Below are positions 20,793-31,731 of a stretch of 64,000 nucleotides of DNA, piece by piece. The stretch covers positions 32,001 to 96,000 of IMG/VR virus record IMGVR_UViG_3300014208_000023; one strand, 5' to 3'. Below the pieces are notes generated by a model, which was not told where the DNA came from, did not search any database, and saw only the letters and a list, made by a program, of their open reading frames with translations. The DNA is from a virus. Its lineage: Duplodnaviria > Caudoviricetes. A program made the position numbers and the translations under genes. The first letter of the stretch is position 1. Every line of letters starts with the position of its first letter.

Positions 20793-23700
20793 ATCCTAAT
20801 CATCCGATGTAGATGTTTCCCTCTTCGGAGATATCCACGCTGTATCTCCCTTCGTTGTCTTCGGTCTTACGCAGAAGCACAATCAGCGCTTGCTTATCTG
20901 CCTTGACCCAAGTTTTCCCTTCCTTGAAACCATCCTCACTTACCGTGAGAATGACTCCAACATACACATCTGCGCCGACTGATACCGTTGCCAGCGTCTC
21001 TTTGCGAGTCATCAGCATGACATGAGCCTTGCGAGCGGCTTCTTGGTTCCGCTCATCATCAGCCGCTTCTTGTATCCACAACCGATGTTGATACAATTGA
21101 AGTAGAAGACGGCCTTTGCGAGATCGGCCTTGATTGTGTATCGGGACTTGTAGGCACCCTTCACATGCCTACCGACTTCTACGGTAAAGACCGTCTCCGA
21201 CGAGAATGCGATCGGCTTACCGTTGAAGTTGGCGGTAATGATTCTCACCTGCTTATCGTCTTCCGGCATCTTTTTCACTCCTGTATATCCAGCAATGACT
21301 ACCATCAGAAAGGCTTTCCGGGCTCACCCTTCCAGGTGTAGGTGGACTTGATATCCTTGACGGGATTGGCTTCCGAGATTGCCGAATAGATGCTAGTCCA
21401 TCCGTTCTGGCTGAGAAGCTGAACCTCATCACGATTGAGAAGAGAGGCATTCTTCAGAAAGGCCGGATGGGCAGGAACCCAATGGCGCCATTCGAGGTTG
21501 TGCAAGTAAAGAGACTCCATCTTGGCATCCCAATACCCACGCAGATACTCCTTAGCATGCACCGGAAGGTCTGTCCAGCGTGGATCGCTGAAAAGATCCT
21601 TCTCTCTCTGCTGTAGAAGAACTTCGTGTTTCGGCCGAGAGTAGATTGCCAGCAGGAAGATGTTGCAAACTCTCTCCGCAAAAATCTTCTTGCGCTCGAT
21701 AACCTGATTGGTTCTCATTAGAGCTTCACTCCTAGATACGGATGAACATGACCGGCCGGGAAGTGGCCTACGTCATTGACCGCACCACAATAAGGGCACG
21801 GTGACATTGAAAGGTAAGGCGGCTCGGTCCTCAAGTCAACCACCCCACCGCGAGGAAGTTTCCATGCAACATCGATACCGTTCGGGTCGGTAAAGACCGT
21901 GATGCCGTCTTCTTCCGTACGGCAAGTTACCCGTACGAATGTTTCCGGCTTCGCCTTAGCCTTTCGTTTCTCACTCATCGGAGCTTGAAAACATAGTCGT
22001 CCCATGCCTCTTCTAGATCGTTCCAGGTTTCTGAGCCGAGATAGAAAGACCCGTCCGTTGCGTCGATACTTCTACGGCAGAAAGCAGCGAAGTAATCTTT
22101 GTGACTAGACGAGTGAATGGTTGCGGCGGCTTCTTTGATCAGCTTATCGTAAACACGCTCGCTGATTCCATGACCGATCACCTCGGGGCTTAGACCATCT
22201 TCGATGATCTCCTCTGACTGGACTGCACCAGGATAGAGACCCCACGACTTGAAGAATGCACGAACGCTAGTGAACGGGGCCAGCATGTTCTTACTTGCCA
22301 TTCATGCTCCGTGGTAGGTGACGAGGATCCATTCGACAAGATCCATGTTGAACTGAGCGATCCAGATAGGATGATTCAGATGCATCCACTCGGCCGTCTC
22401 TTGCCTGTAAGAATCGTTCAGACGAATCCCAGGCCTATCATCGGCAGCAGCGGCGGCCAAAGAGTAATACTTGCTTACGGCCGCCTTGAGAATTTCCGAG
22501 TTGAAGGCAGGCGCGAGATAGTTACCGCGAGCATACTCCGTCAGCGCGAAAGTATGGCCGGGAATGTTCTCCTTCGCCCACTCGTAAGCCTTAGCCTTAC
22601 TAGCGAAGCATCCTCGGGTAATGATGGAGAACGGGCCGGACTTCTCCGTAGGATGCCACTTCGTTGCTCCAACATGAACATAGGAGAGTAGAATGCTCCA
22701 ATACGTTCGCGGGTCTTCGACGTTGCAGTTACAGACCAGCTCCGTTTGATTGCAGTGAATGCAGAGACTCATTCCTCATCCTTAGTCCTCTCCGATAGAA
22801 GAGGTGGTAGTGAGACATTCTTCGGAAGCTACGCACCGGACTGTAGTAACAATCCCGGCAAAGCCTGTAGTCGGAAAGAGGGTGTAGGTCTTCTCCTTTA
22901 CACCCGAGAGTGCTGCACTTCAATTCTCGCCTGAGTAAGAGTGACGCTTGCACTCCTTAGCTTGAGCGACGGCCGCCACTTGCGAGTCATGCGAGAAGTA
23001 GTATTGCCCAACCGAAGGACAGGTGCAAGGCCGAGATAGCACAATTCTTTTGCAGTCTTCGTGAGTGCAATCGATCATGCCGCATCGGGCAGAAGCCTTG
23101 GAGCAATTACGCATCATCAATACTCCTTTGCGTACCATTCGATACAGGTGATACCAGGCTTCACTTCTCCGTCAGAAGTGAGAATCTTGACTACATCGGC
23201 TCGCAGATAGTAGCAAACCAATTGAGTCAACCTCGTGCGCCAATCGTACCCTTCGCGAGTTTCCATGTCAGCAGGGTACTGCGTAATGAAACTAGGACAC
23301 GTGATGTTGGAGACGATGATGTTTCCTTCCACGCTCTTATGGACAGTCCAATCATCCGTATGTGGCTCCCCACCGATACCTTTCGGGTTATGGACCGTCC
23401 ACGTTTCCAGCAGAGAAAGCTTCGCGGTAGGGGTCAGTTTCATTCGTCCTCGTCCTTATCCGCGTTATGAACCACGAATCCGCCCCTCTCACATAGGGGA
23501 ATGATTTCTGACTCAGGAGGGGATTCCAACTCTCCCTTGTTCGGATCCATCAGTTACTCTCTTGCAGCTTGTGGGCCGCTTCGAGCTTGGCGAACCCTTC
23601 TGCGTGAGAATTGAATACCTTACAGGCATCCGATCCTTCTTCGCCACGATAGGACCTTTCGCTCTCGTGGCTATTGGGTTTGCTCACGTCTACCTCATAG

Positions 23701-24336
23701 ACCACGACATCATCGCCCTGCTTGAGCAATGAGATCACGCGGCCACATGCGGTGTTGGATTCGATCAACACCGCACCATCAGGAAGGTCTGCGCGACTCT
23801 GGCTGATAATGGAATAGATCGCCTTGATCTCTCCACCAACCGCGACACCGGCATGATCCCGCTCGACCTTGACTTCACTCATTGGGAGTTTCCTTTTGCT
23901 TGGGCGGATACAGAAGCCAGGACGAAGTTACCGGTCCAGGCTCTCTACGAATTAGTCCTGCCCGAAGACAGCGACTAACAACATCATAACCAGCCGATTG
24001 TCCAGCGCCAGCCTCTTTTGCAGCTTCGCGAATAATCTTGCCGGGATTCTCAGTAACAAACTGAATGACCTTTTTCATCTTAGGTCCGATCATATTCCCT
24101 CGTGAGCTAACTCTTTATCCCCGGCTAGACTATCAATCTAGCCGGGGATGGTCCGCTCCGTAACAGGCAACCGAATTGGCAGCCTAAAGAGAATGGTTAC
24201 TGACATAGACAGGCTTCTATGGCTGGAGTCCAAAATAGCCTCCGCCTATTCCATATCTGCTAACAAGGATACTACCCGGCCCATATGCTACGGATGAGTC
24301 CGTTAGCGTTACCCGTGGTTCGCGTTACCTGTTAGC

Positions 24337-24364
24337 ATTGTAACCACACTCTTTAGAATGTCAA
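24337..24364 (-). promoter_or_regulatory. Sigma70-type promoter
   Basis: TTGACA-16 nt-TACAAT. Confidence 0.75.
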
Positions 24365-24484
24365 TAGACTATCCCTCCCGATTATCCCATAATCCGTTGC
24401 AACGGCTTGGGGTCGGGAGGGGATCTCCACTACACAATTACTAACTTAGGAATGAGAGTAGCTACTTCTCATAACCATTACAAC

Positions 24485-24632
24485 GAACGGCCCTCATCAG
24501 TAACCGCTTCACGGTTATACGTATTCACCATAGCGCCTGGCCTTTGATACTTGATCAGTTCCTAGTTAGGAAGCCAGTCTGTTGGAATGCCACCTACGTT
24601 CAGTCGTAGGCGTGAATACGTTACGGCCTCTC
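24485..24632 (-). ncRNA. Type II hammerhead-ribozyme-like element (core variant)
   Basis: Stem III 10 bp perfect, GUA triplet, stem I TAACCG/CGGTTA, CTGATGA core, stem II GGCC/GGCC; GTAA instead of GAAA and one extra G. Confidence 0.6.
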
Positions 24633-24728
24633 ACGTGTCTTTGAAGCTTCCCCCATACCCAGACGTTCCGGGGGAAGCATTAGCACCCATAGGGAAGCTT
24701 ACGCTTCCGGTAGTCTAGGGCTGTTCTC

Positions 24729-26487
24729 CTAGGCTTTCCAGCGACTCTCTTTCAGAGGAGAGCCATTGAAGGATCGCCACTCACGAAAGTATCGTCCCTT
24801 GGAATCCCTTTCGTTGTAGTTCGGGCGGACGATTACCGCCTTTCCCTTTGCACGCAGACTCTCTCCGAGAGAGATTGCGTGTTCCAGGTTGGTGAATGTC
24901 GCATCCACGAAACGATCCCCGTATGTGGTAAGATCGCCAACGCACTTACAGGTGATTACAGAGATAGTAGCCTTAGCCATTGAGCCTTGGTCTCCTGGTA
25001 GCTTCTTTTTTTGAACCATCCCCATAGAGACAGGGGCCTAAGCTCCTGTTTACGTCGCTTGGTTGCCTTGATCCGATTGTGATAGATCGCCATAGCCGTG
25101 TGACCACTAAAGAGCCACTTGATCGGAGAGATCATTCCTTGCGTTTGATACCTACCGTACTGCTTCATTCCTTGCCCGCATTGGCAATGATGTTATGGCA
25201 GATTGCTCGGTAGTGCGCAACCACTTTCGGATCGTTCGTGACCTTTCCGGTGCCGGGAATGAACTTCCACTGGATGAACTTCCATGCCAGCTTGTACCTA
25301 CGATCCTGTTCCGGTGTGAGAAACGAGAATAGCTTTCTCGCTTCAACTTCTCTGTCAGAGAGACTCATGTTACGAGAGCTTTCTTGGTGATAGAGTCGGC
25401 CACTTTCTTGAGAGCGAGCACTTCGGCTTCCGCCTTCTCAGCTCTAGCCGTGAGCCTACGAGTAGCAGAATCCGATCCATCGATGAATGCTTCGTTGATC
25501 ACGCGGAACGTTTCGTTGATCTCGTCCTGATCGCGAAGACTCAGATAGTCCTCGATGGTCATGCACTCGTTGACGCAAGCCACATGGTTGAGCTTGTTCA
25601 GGAAGTACCAGGATGCGTAGGAAGTCGTGTTCTGGCAAACCCAGGAACCGGCACCCTCATTCCACGATCCATCCTCTTCTTCGTAACAACCCTCTCCGAT
25701 GTAGCCGAGCGGAAGCGTGAACTTCCGCATGTAGTAACCATCGAAGTTGGCCTTATTACAGATAGCGACGTAGGTGCGAGAAGGTGAAGAGACGATCTTC
25801 TTTTCAGACATTACTGCCTCCTAATTCGGGCCTGTAACAACTTCTGTGTAGCACATGGGTTTAGATTTTACGAGCTATCAGAGGAGACTCGAACCCCTCC
25901 AGCCATGGACTTCACATTATATGCTACAAACCCGAATTAGAAGGGGGAAGGTAGTTAGTCTTCCCCGATCCTTTCTTACTGATAGAGCCAGGCATTGACT
26001 GCCCGGCGAACCTCCGTGCATGCAGCCCGAACATCGAAGGCATTGATCGTGTGCTCCATCACAAGAGGAGGAGGAATCTTGCCCTCCTTCTTGAGAGACA
26101 CCACAACCTCACCCACATACGGATTCTTCGGAATCATTCGACTCTCCTACTTGAACCAGCGTCTAGCTCTTGCTCGGAATGCACGAATCGCTCGTTTCAG
26201 GCAAAGAGAACAATGCCTGGCGTCTCCTTCCTTCATGCCTTGAACTTCTCCATGAGAGCCTTGGCATCCGGGTAGCCGAAAGGTTTCAGAGCCTCCTCGG
26301 CTTGTTCCAGAGCTTTCGGATCGTTCTCGCGTAGAAACGCATTGATCTTCGGGTCGAGAACCATCATCAGTAGCGTTCGAGCCGCTGACTTGCCCTTGCA
26401 CTCTTTCGGGGGAATAAGCTTCTCAATAGCAGCTTGCCTTTCGGGACCGGGAGGAGGCAACATGATGCCATGTCCAGTGCCAGCCAT
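24729..26487 (-). other. Hypothetical CDS (24729-25025, 24956-25168, 25165-25368, 25365-25811, 26233-26487)
   Basis: Contiguous ORFs with strong AGGAGG-type RBS. Confidence 0.7.
25817..25944 (-). promoter_or_regulatory. Long-stem leader element with internal T-loop hairpin; sequesters the RBS of 25365-25811
   Basis: Arms 25817-25830 / 25931-25944, inner stem 25846-55 / 25919-28, GAGGGG-TTCGAGT-CTCCTC. Confidence 0.65.
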
Positions 26488-26677
26488 CAGTGTTGCCCCA
26501 ACGTCTTACGTAATCCTCGATTACCAGACCCAGCGTAGCCTAGGCTGCGGTAGAAACCTCTTACGTAGGCTTCCCAATGTGAGAAGGTAGGAAACTCCTG
26601 CTTGAACCTCATACAATCTTTGGAGGATTGTTTCTGACGTTGGCCATCACTGCGACCCAATTCGCTCGACTGACGCA

Positions 26678-27010
26678 TTAGTGCTGCCCCCACGTCTTTC
26701 CGCCATCGTGAGAATGAACACCAGCAGCGATTGCCTTGGGATTGACCTTTCGTCCGCTCATTCCCTCGGCCTTGAGTATCGCCTGACGGAGAACCCACGA
26801 GTTAGTGGCCCGAAGAGAATTGAAGGCACACACGTCAGAGATACCGTCCCGATCCTTCCATCCTTGGAAGACGATCGCGCCGTTCGTTCCGATTCCGATT
26901 CTCACGGTACCGGTCTGAATGTACTGTTCCAGACGCTTGAGAGCTTGTTCCACTTGAGACATTCTCTGAGTGAGAGTCTGACCCTGAGATAGCGCTGTCA
27001 TGCACGCCAT
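26678..27010 (-). CDS. Conserved-type hypothetical protein (GVHSHDGG.TW..H C-terminus)
   Basis: GAGGT RBS; third gene of the AAA module. Confidence 0.75.
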   Translation of the reverse strand: MACMTALSQGQTLTQRMSQVEQALKRLEQYIQTGTVRIGIGTNGAIVFQGWKDRDGISDVCAFNSLRATNSWVLRQAILKAEGMSGRKVNPKAIAAGVHSHDGGKTWGQH

Positions 27011-27033
27011 TGTGATTACCTCGTTTGAGTTAT

Positions 27034-27140
27034 CCTTCTAACTCTATTCAATAGACATGCGCCAGATAAGCTCCGGCCTAGTTCCTATCTGAATCTATTG
27101 AATAGAGCTAGAAGGGGGAGACTTGGTTAGAGTCTCCCCT
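27034..27140 (-). repeat. Intergenic long-stem element plus GGGGAG hairpin
   Basis: Arms 27034-27055 / 27094-27115; homologous to 27999-28118. Confidence 0.8.
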
Positions 27141-27146
27141 CATCTA

Positions 27147-27977
27147 TCAGTTAGAAAGATCTAGAGAGTCGTCCGCGGCCATGGGATTCAGGGCCATCGT
27201 TCCGGCGACGGTTCCGACTTCTTCGGAGAAGTCGAGATCCTGCGCCGCCACTTGCGGAGCCTCCTCTTCTTTCGTGAGCGTAGGCGGTTCCTCATAGTCG
27301 AGGAACACTTTCTGAGCCTTCTCCAGTGCGAGAAGACTGACGCGGTAGTCCTGAACCACGTCGATAGCGACCGATCCCTTCTTCTTGATCGTCTTCGCCA
27401 TCTCACGTGCGGCGGTTCGTGCAAGCTCGATTGCAGTCCTCGCCTCGCCCTGTTCCTTCTCTTGCATCATCTCGGCCAGTTGATTGGCCTTAGCGATTGC
27501 TTCCCGAATGGCCTCGGGATCCATCTTGTTGATCGCCCCGCTCATCTCAGCGAGAAGACTGCGCATCTCTCCGGCGATTGCCATTGCAGTCTGCTCGTCG
27601 TTGGCGAGAAGCTTTGCCTTGAGGATGTAGAAGCGCACCTTCGTGTAGACAGACTTCGCATTGAAGTCGTCCATGAGTTGCCGGGCGATCTTGATTCCCT
27701 GGTCCAGCTCCGCCTCCTTATCTTCCGGGCAGAGAAGACAGAACGGAGTTTTGACGCAGAGACGACGGATCTGGTACAGGACATTGCCCCGCACCTTGAC
27801 CGCTTCCTCGTGCTCCTCCACGTCGAAGATTGTCTTCTTCGTGGTCTTCTCTTCGGTGAGCACGCCTTCGGTGCTCTGATCGCTCTCCTCGTGGAGAGTC
27901 TCGTATTCGATACCTCCCTTCATGCGGGAAGTCAGTGCGATCATGAATCCGGGTCGAAGCAGTTGCATCTTTGCCAT
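27147..27977 (-). CDS. Helical/coiled-coil hypothetical protein associated with the AAA ATPase (start revised to MAKMQ)
   Basis: GAGG RBS 5 nt before ATG at 27977; long helical ORF with acidic tail. Confidence 0.8.
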   Translation of the reverse strand: MAKMQLLRPGFMIALTSRMKGGIEYETLHEESDQSTEGVLTEEKTTKKTIFDVEEHEEAVKVRGNVLYQIRRLCVKTPFCLLCPEDKEAELDQGIKIARQLMDDFNAKSVYTKVRFYILKAKLLANDEQTAMAIAGEMRSLLAEMSGAINKMDPEAIREAIAKANQLAEMMQEKEQGEARTAIELARTAAREMAKTIKKKGSVAIDVVQDYRVSLLALEKAQKVFLDYEEPPTLTKEEEAPQVAAQDLDFSEEVGTVAGTMALNPMAADDSLDLSN

Positions 27978-27998
27978 TGTGTCCTCGTTTGGAGTTAT

Positions 27999-28118
27999 CC
28001 CTCTAACTCGGTTCAATTAGACTCGGGCGCTCAACCAAGGGACAACGCCCGGTATATTGCTAAGCCACCACCTAATTGAACCGAGTTAGAAGGGGGAGTC
28101 TGTGTTAGAAACTCCCCT
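27999..28118 (-). repeat. Intergenic long-stem element plus GGGGAG hairpin
   Basis: Perfect 18-bp inverted repeat CTAACTCGGTTCAATTAG / CTAATTGAACCGAGTTAG. Confidence 0.85.
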
Positions 28119-28129
28119 CCTAATTGCCG

Positions 28130-29749
28130 TCAGTCCAGATCCAGCAGATCGTTGGAGCCAGACTTAGCGGCCACCTTCTCAGGCTTGCTTGCGCTCAGGG
28201 CCTTGTCTGCCATGAACGTACGAATCTCTCCGAGCTTGACCGCCATCGTCAGAGACAATGGTACCACATTCTCGGCCGCCGTCAAGAGATCCTTTGTCGT
28301 GATCTGACGTTCTCCGTCGTTGAAGGCCGCGAACATGGCTTCCGGGATGATGGAAGCAATCTCCGCGCCGACCCATCCTTCCGTTTTCTTAGTGAGAGCC
28401 GGAACGTCGATCCCTTCTACCCTACCAGACTGCTTGAGGCAGGTAGAGAGAATCTGTTCCCGATCCGTTGCGGTCGGAAGGTCCACCCAAAACACTTGGT
28501 CGAACCTACCTTTACGCATCAGCTCAGGCGGAAGTGCCCGAACGTCGTTTGCCGTAGCAATGACGAACACCGGGGCCTTGCACTCTTGCATCCAGGTAAG
28601 AATCGTTCCAAGCTGATCCTTGGAAACTCCGCCATCCTCACCACCGGCAGCCCCGAGAGACTTGTCGATCTCATCGAGCCAGAGAACGCAAGGGGCAAGG
28701 GCTTCTGCCATTGCGAGAGCCTTACGAATGCTGGCTTCAGAGTCTCCGACATACTTGGACTTGCGTGCTCCAAGGTCGCACTTGAGTAGCGGCATCTGCC
28801 ATGCGGAAGACACGCACTTCGCCGTGAGACTCTTTCCACCACCGGGAACACCGGCAAGTAGAATGCCCTTCGGAGACTTGAGCCCGTAAGCCCTTGCCGC
28901 CGCTGAAAACCCGTTCTTACGGATACTCAGCCAGTCTTTCAGGACTTCCAGACCGCCGACCGCTTCCATGCCGAGCGGATCGGGGTCGATCCATTCCAGC
29001 ACTTTCTCACGTGCAATGACTTGCTTCTTTTCGGAAGAGATCACTGCCGGGTCGATGCGCTTGAGAGTAACGAGACTCCGATTGAAGCAGCTCTGAATCT
29101 CGGCCGCCGACAACCCAAGAGCCGCATCGATTGCAGACTCACGGGTAGTTGCGTTCGGAATCTCCACCTTGGCCGGATCTAGGCGGAGAGAATCGAAGAT
29201 CCTTTCCACGTCAGAACGGTCAGGCATCGGGTAGTCGATCAGATTGGCCTGACCGATGAGATCCTGGGGAATCTCCGAAGACGGCGTGAGAATGACGATC
29301 GCTCTCTGTTCAGCAGAGGGGGACGTTCCCGCTTCCGTCGCCGTGTTCCGAATTGCCCGGAGAGTGATTGGATCCTTGAAGGCATTGATATCCTTCAAGA
29401 CATACAGACACCGATCTGGGACTTCGCGAATTGCCTGTAGGACCACGAGAGGATCCGTACAGGGCTGACCACCGCTAGAAAGCGGCGTGATGCTTGCAGC
29501 CTTCTTCTCTCCGTAAGAAGACTGCGCCTGAGTGAATCCGAGAGTGACGAGCTTTGTTTCGCCCTTCTCGGTTCCGTATTCCGTCAGACCACTCACGCAA
29601 TCCCAGAAGCGGATTCGCATGTTGGCCGGAAGGGCATTGATAAGCGCCCCTTCCACACGCTTCTCCTCACGAGAGGAGATCCAGAGAAGAGAGACTCTGG
29701 CACGAAGAAGTGCCGTAATCTCCGCATTGACCTTTGCAGATCGAGACAT
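28130..29749 (-). CDS. AAA+ ATPase, Ycf46-like
   Basis: Walker A GVPGGGKS, Walker B VLWLDEID, SRH ATANDVRALPPELMRKGRFD; degenerate N-terminal AAA-like domain. Confidence 0.93.
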   Translation of the reverse strand: MSRSAKVNAEITALLRARVSLLWISSREEKRVEGALINALPANMRIRFWDCVSGLTEYGTEKGETKLVTLGFTQAQSSYGEKKAASITPLSSGGQPCTDPLVVLQAIREVPDRCLYVLKDINAFKDPITLRAIRNTATEAGTSPSAEQRAIVILTPSSEIPQDLIGQANLIDYPMPDRSDVERIFDSLRLDPAKVEIPNATTRESAIDAALGLSAAEIQSCFNRSLVTLKRIDPAVISSEKKQVIAREKVLEWIDPDPLGMEAVGGLEVLKDWLSIRKNGFSAAARAYGLKSPKGILLAGVPGGGKSLTAKCVSSAWQMPLLKCDLGARKSKYVGDSEASIRKALAMAEALAPCVLWLDEIDKSLGAAGGEDGGVSKDQLGTILTWMQECKAPVFVIATANDVRALPPELMRKGRFDQVFWVDLPTATDREQILSTCLKQSGRVEGIDVPALTKKTEGWVGAEIASIIPEAMFAAFNDGERQITTKDLLTAAENVVPLSLTMAVKLGEIRTFMADKALSASKPEKVAAKSGSNDLLDLD

Positions 29750-29811
29750 TCGTTTTCTCCCTAAAAAGAGATTATCTACGATAGAGTCTGTAACGTTCCT
29801 CCTACCTTGAG

Positions 29812-29840
29812 ACTGTAACTCATACGAGCTAGAGTGTCAA
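29812..29840 (-). promoter_or_regulatory. Sigma70-type promoter embedded in an inverted repeat
   Basis: TTGACA-17 nt-TACAGT; flanked by arms 29798-29814 / 29833-29849. Confidence 0.7.
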
Positions 29841-29880
29841 GGTAGAAGGGGAGGATTGCGCCTCCCCAACTACCGATCGG

Positions 29881-30063
29881 CTACTTCGTGTAGACGTTGA
29901 TCCCGATCTTCATGCCCATGTCGGAAACGTCCGGGGGCGAAACCGGGCCTTCCGTGGTAGCGACGATGGTGGTCTTCCCGCTGGCAGAAGGACCGAACTT
30001 TTTGGTCAGGTCGATCTTGATCACGAGGATATCACCCTCGCGGCTCATCTGAATGTTTTTCAT
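29881..30063 (-). CDS. Small conserved-type protein (FGPSASGKTTIVATT...IGINVY)
   Basis: Motif recalled from a widespread ~60-aa hypothetical family; start revised to MKNIQ. Confidence 0.7.
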   Translation of the reverse strand: MKNIQMSREGDILVIKIDLTKKFGPSASGKTTIVATTEGPVSPPDVSDMGMKIGINVYTK

Positions 30064-30091
30064 TGACTTGGACTCCCGATTGTGAGTGAGA

Positions 30092-30349
30092 CTACGAAGA
30101 GAGATCCTGGAAAGGAATCTCCTTCTCCACACGCCTACGGTTCTCCCTGATCTGCCGTTGTAGATCCTTGATTGCGTTGTCTGCCGTGTTACCTGCGCCG
30201 GTAAAACCGATGCAAGCCTTGACCGCTTGCCAGAGAGGTTTCTTACCTCCTCTGACTTTCTGGCAAGTCACATGCCAGTAAAAGGGAACCGGCTTCACTT
30301 GGGATGGCTCGTGATGGTGAATGCCGCACTCCACGCCTTGATCCCCCAC
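30092..30349 (-). CDS. Hypothetical protein (HicB-like GNTADNAIKDL segment)
   Basis: G-x-T-x-x-x-A-I-x-x-L pattern only. Confidence 0.45.
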   Translation of the reverse strand: MGDQGVECGIHHHEPSQVKPVPFYWHVTCQKVRGGKKPLWQAVKACIGFTGAGNTADNAIKDLQRQIRENRRRVEKEIPFQDLSS

Positions 30350-30398
30350 CTACCACCATAAAGGTGGTTCATGCGGAATTGCGTGGAAGCGGCAACGA

Positions 30399-31037
30399 TC
30401 ATGCCTTCGATGATTGCTTCCATCTGATATCCACAATACACATTGCGGATCCTTTCTTGCGCTTGGCGTTGCTTTCGAGACCTTGAGACACGTAGGGACG
30501 AACAGAAACGATCTTGGCTCCTACGTCAGAACAGGACTGACGCAGATAGTCAATCCGACCATCCAGATCGGAGAAGCCATCATCCCGGCCGTTCCTAAAG
30601 GTAACAAGAGTCTTACCTTTGTACTTGGCTTCGGTCAAGGCCTGTAGGACCGGAAGTGCAATGTGGGTCGCTTCTACGACATTGCAAGCCAGATCGATAT
30701 CGACGGCCCCGAGATTCTTAGCCCCACGACGAATGAGGTAAGGGCGAATCATGTCCTGAATGGGCCGGTGAATAGGAGGAAGTATGTGTAGGCGCGACTT
30801 CAACTTGCGGAAGTCTGGAATCACATACTCGGTTGCCTTGATCACTCCAATGTCGGTATCGACCACTTGGATCGCACCCTTCCACCGAAGGACATTCAGC
30901 ACCCCCAAGAGACCGTGACTGATTGTTAGAATCTCCTTGGTAGGAAGAATCTTATACAACCACTCACACCTCTCATTGTCTTTGGCGTAGGAGATCGGAG
31001 TGTGCTGCATTGAGCACACATTGTTCCGCTTTCCCAC
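30399..31037 (-). CDS. SAM-methyltransferase-fold-like protein
   Basis: IQVVDTD, AVDIDLAC, TLVTFRNGRDD; aligns by eye with 15387-16070. Confidence 0.45.
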   Translation of the reverse strand: MGKRNNVCSMQHTPISYAKDNERCEWLYKILPTKEILTISHGLLGVLNVLRWKGAIQVVDTDIGVIKATEYVIPDFRKLKSRLHILPPIHRPIQDMIRPYLIRRGAKNLGAVDIDLACNVVEATHIALPVLQALTEAKYKGKTLVTFRNGRDDGFSDLDGRIDYLRQSCSDVGAKIVSVRPYVSQGLESNAKRKKGSAMCIVDIRWKQSSKA

Positions 31038-31431
31038 TTAGACCTGAGCCGAAGCCCAGACCACGAAGCATGCCAGACCGACGAAGATCAGATTGGCCCC
31101 GGTGATTGCGTAACCACCGACAACCATGGCGACGTGATGGATGCTCGGGAACCAAGTCCCGAGAAGACCGAGAAGCAAGATGCTTCCCAGAGTGAGGAGA
31201 ACGAAGACGATTGCGTTTGCCATTGTCCCTCTACTTGTGAGAGCCGGAATCGTATCCGGGCGTAGGTGACTCAGCCCAACGGAGAATCCTTTGATCTTCC
31301 GCCTGCTTACGCTCCTCCTCCCTCTGAATCCCGGTTTGCACGCCTTCGACCGTATGAACGACCTTGACGAAGCCTACCACGAACACGAGAGTGACGCCAA
31401 GAACAATCAGACAGAGAATGAGCTTGAGCAT
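31038..31431 (-). other. Two small membrane proteins (31038-31223, 31231-31431)
   Basis: Hydrophobic TM segments, RBS present. Confidence 0.7.
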
Positions 31432-31606
31432 TGATTCTCCCTTAGAAACAACTAGAGGCAGTCTAACGCGCTACACATTCCTAGACGTTCGGCCTTCAGT
31501 GACCCTTACTAGATCCAGCCGAGGCTAGATGCTTCAGGAGTATGCACGCCCTAGTTATCCGGTAGTGTTTTTCTCACATACGTTTTCATGTATGTGGCGC
31601 ATTAGA

Positions 31607-31731
31607 ATCCCTCTAATCAAGTCCCAAGAACACTTGCCATTGTGATCCTGCTGCTAGTTAGACTAGAGGAGGTTTCCAGACGAGCGGCATGGAACTTGAT
31701 TAGAGGGATGAGAGGGATCGGCCCCTCATCC
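31607..31731 (-). repeat. Intergenic long-stem element plus hairpin
   Basis: Arms 31607-31624 / 31691-31709, hairpin 31704-31731. Confidence 0.7.

Larger units (their letters stand above)
17660..24093 (-). other. Run of small hypothetical CDS (e.g. 17830-18021, 18173-18406, 19217-19441, 19768-20223, 20224-20478, 20800-21096, 21012-21305, 21305-21718, 21718-22005, 21975-22301, 22302-22772, 23117-23443, 23550-23882, 23875-24093 wHTH-like)
   Basis: Dense minus-strand array; gaps in the ORF track at 17.7, 18.4-19.2 and 19.4-19.8 kb are filled by <60-aa ORFs with ATGA overlaps. Confidence 0.7.

Noticed and set aside
27252-28079. Long plus-strand ORFs in the GC-rich block (also 13745-14140, 14299-14868, 10651-11220, 17237-17653)
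   Set aside because: Antisense shadows of strongly codon-biased minus-strand genes; no RBS
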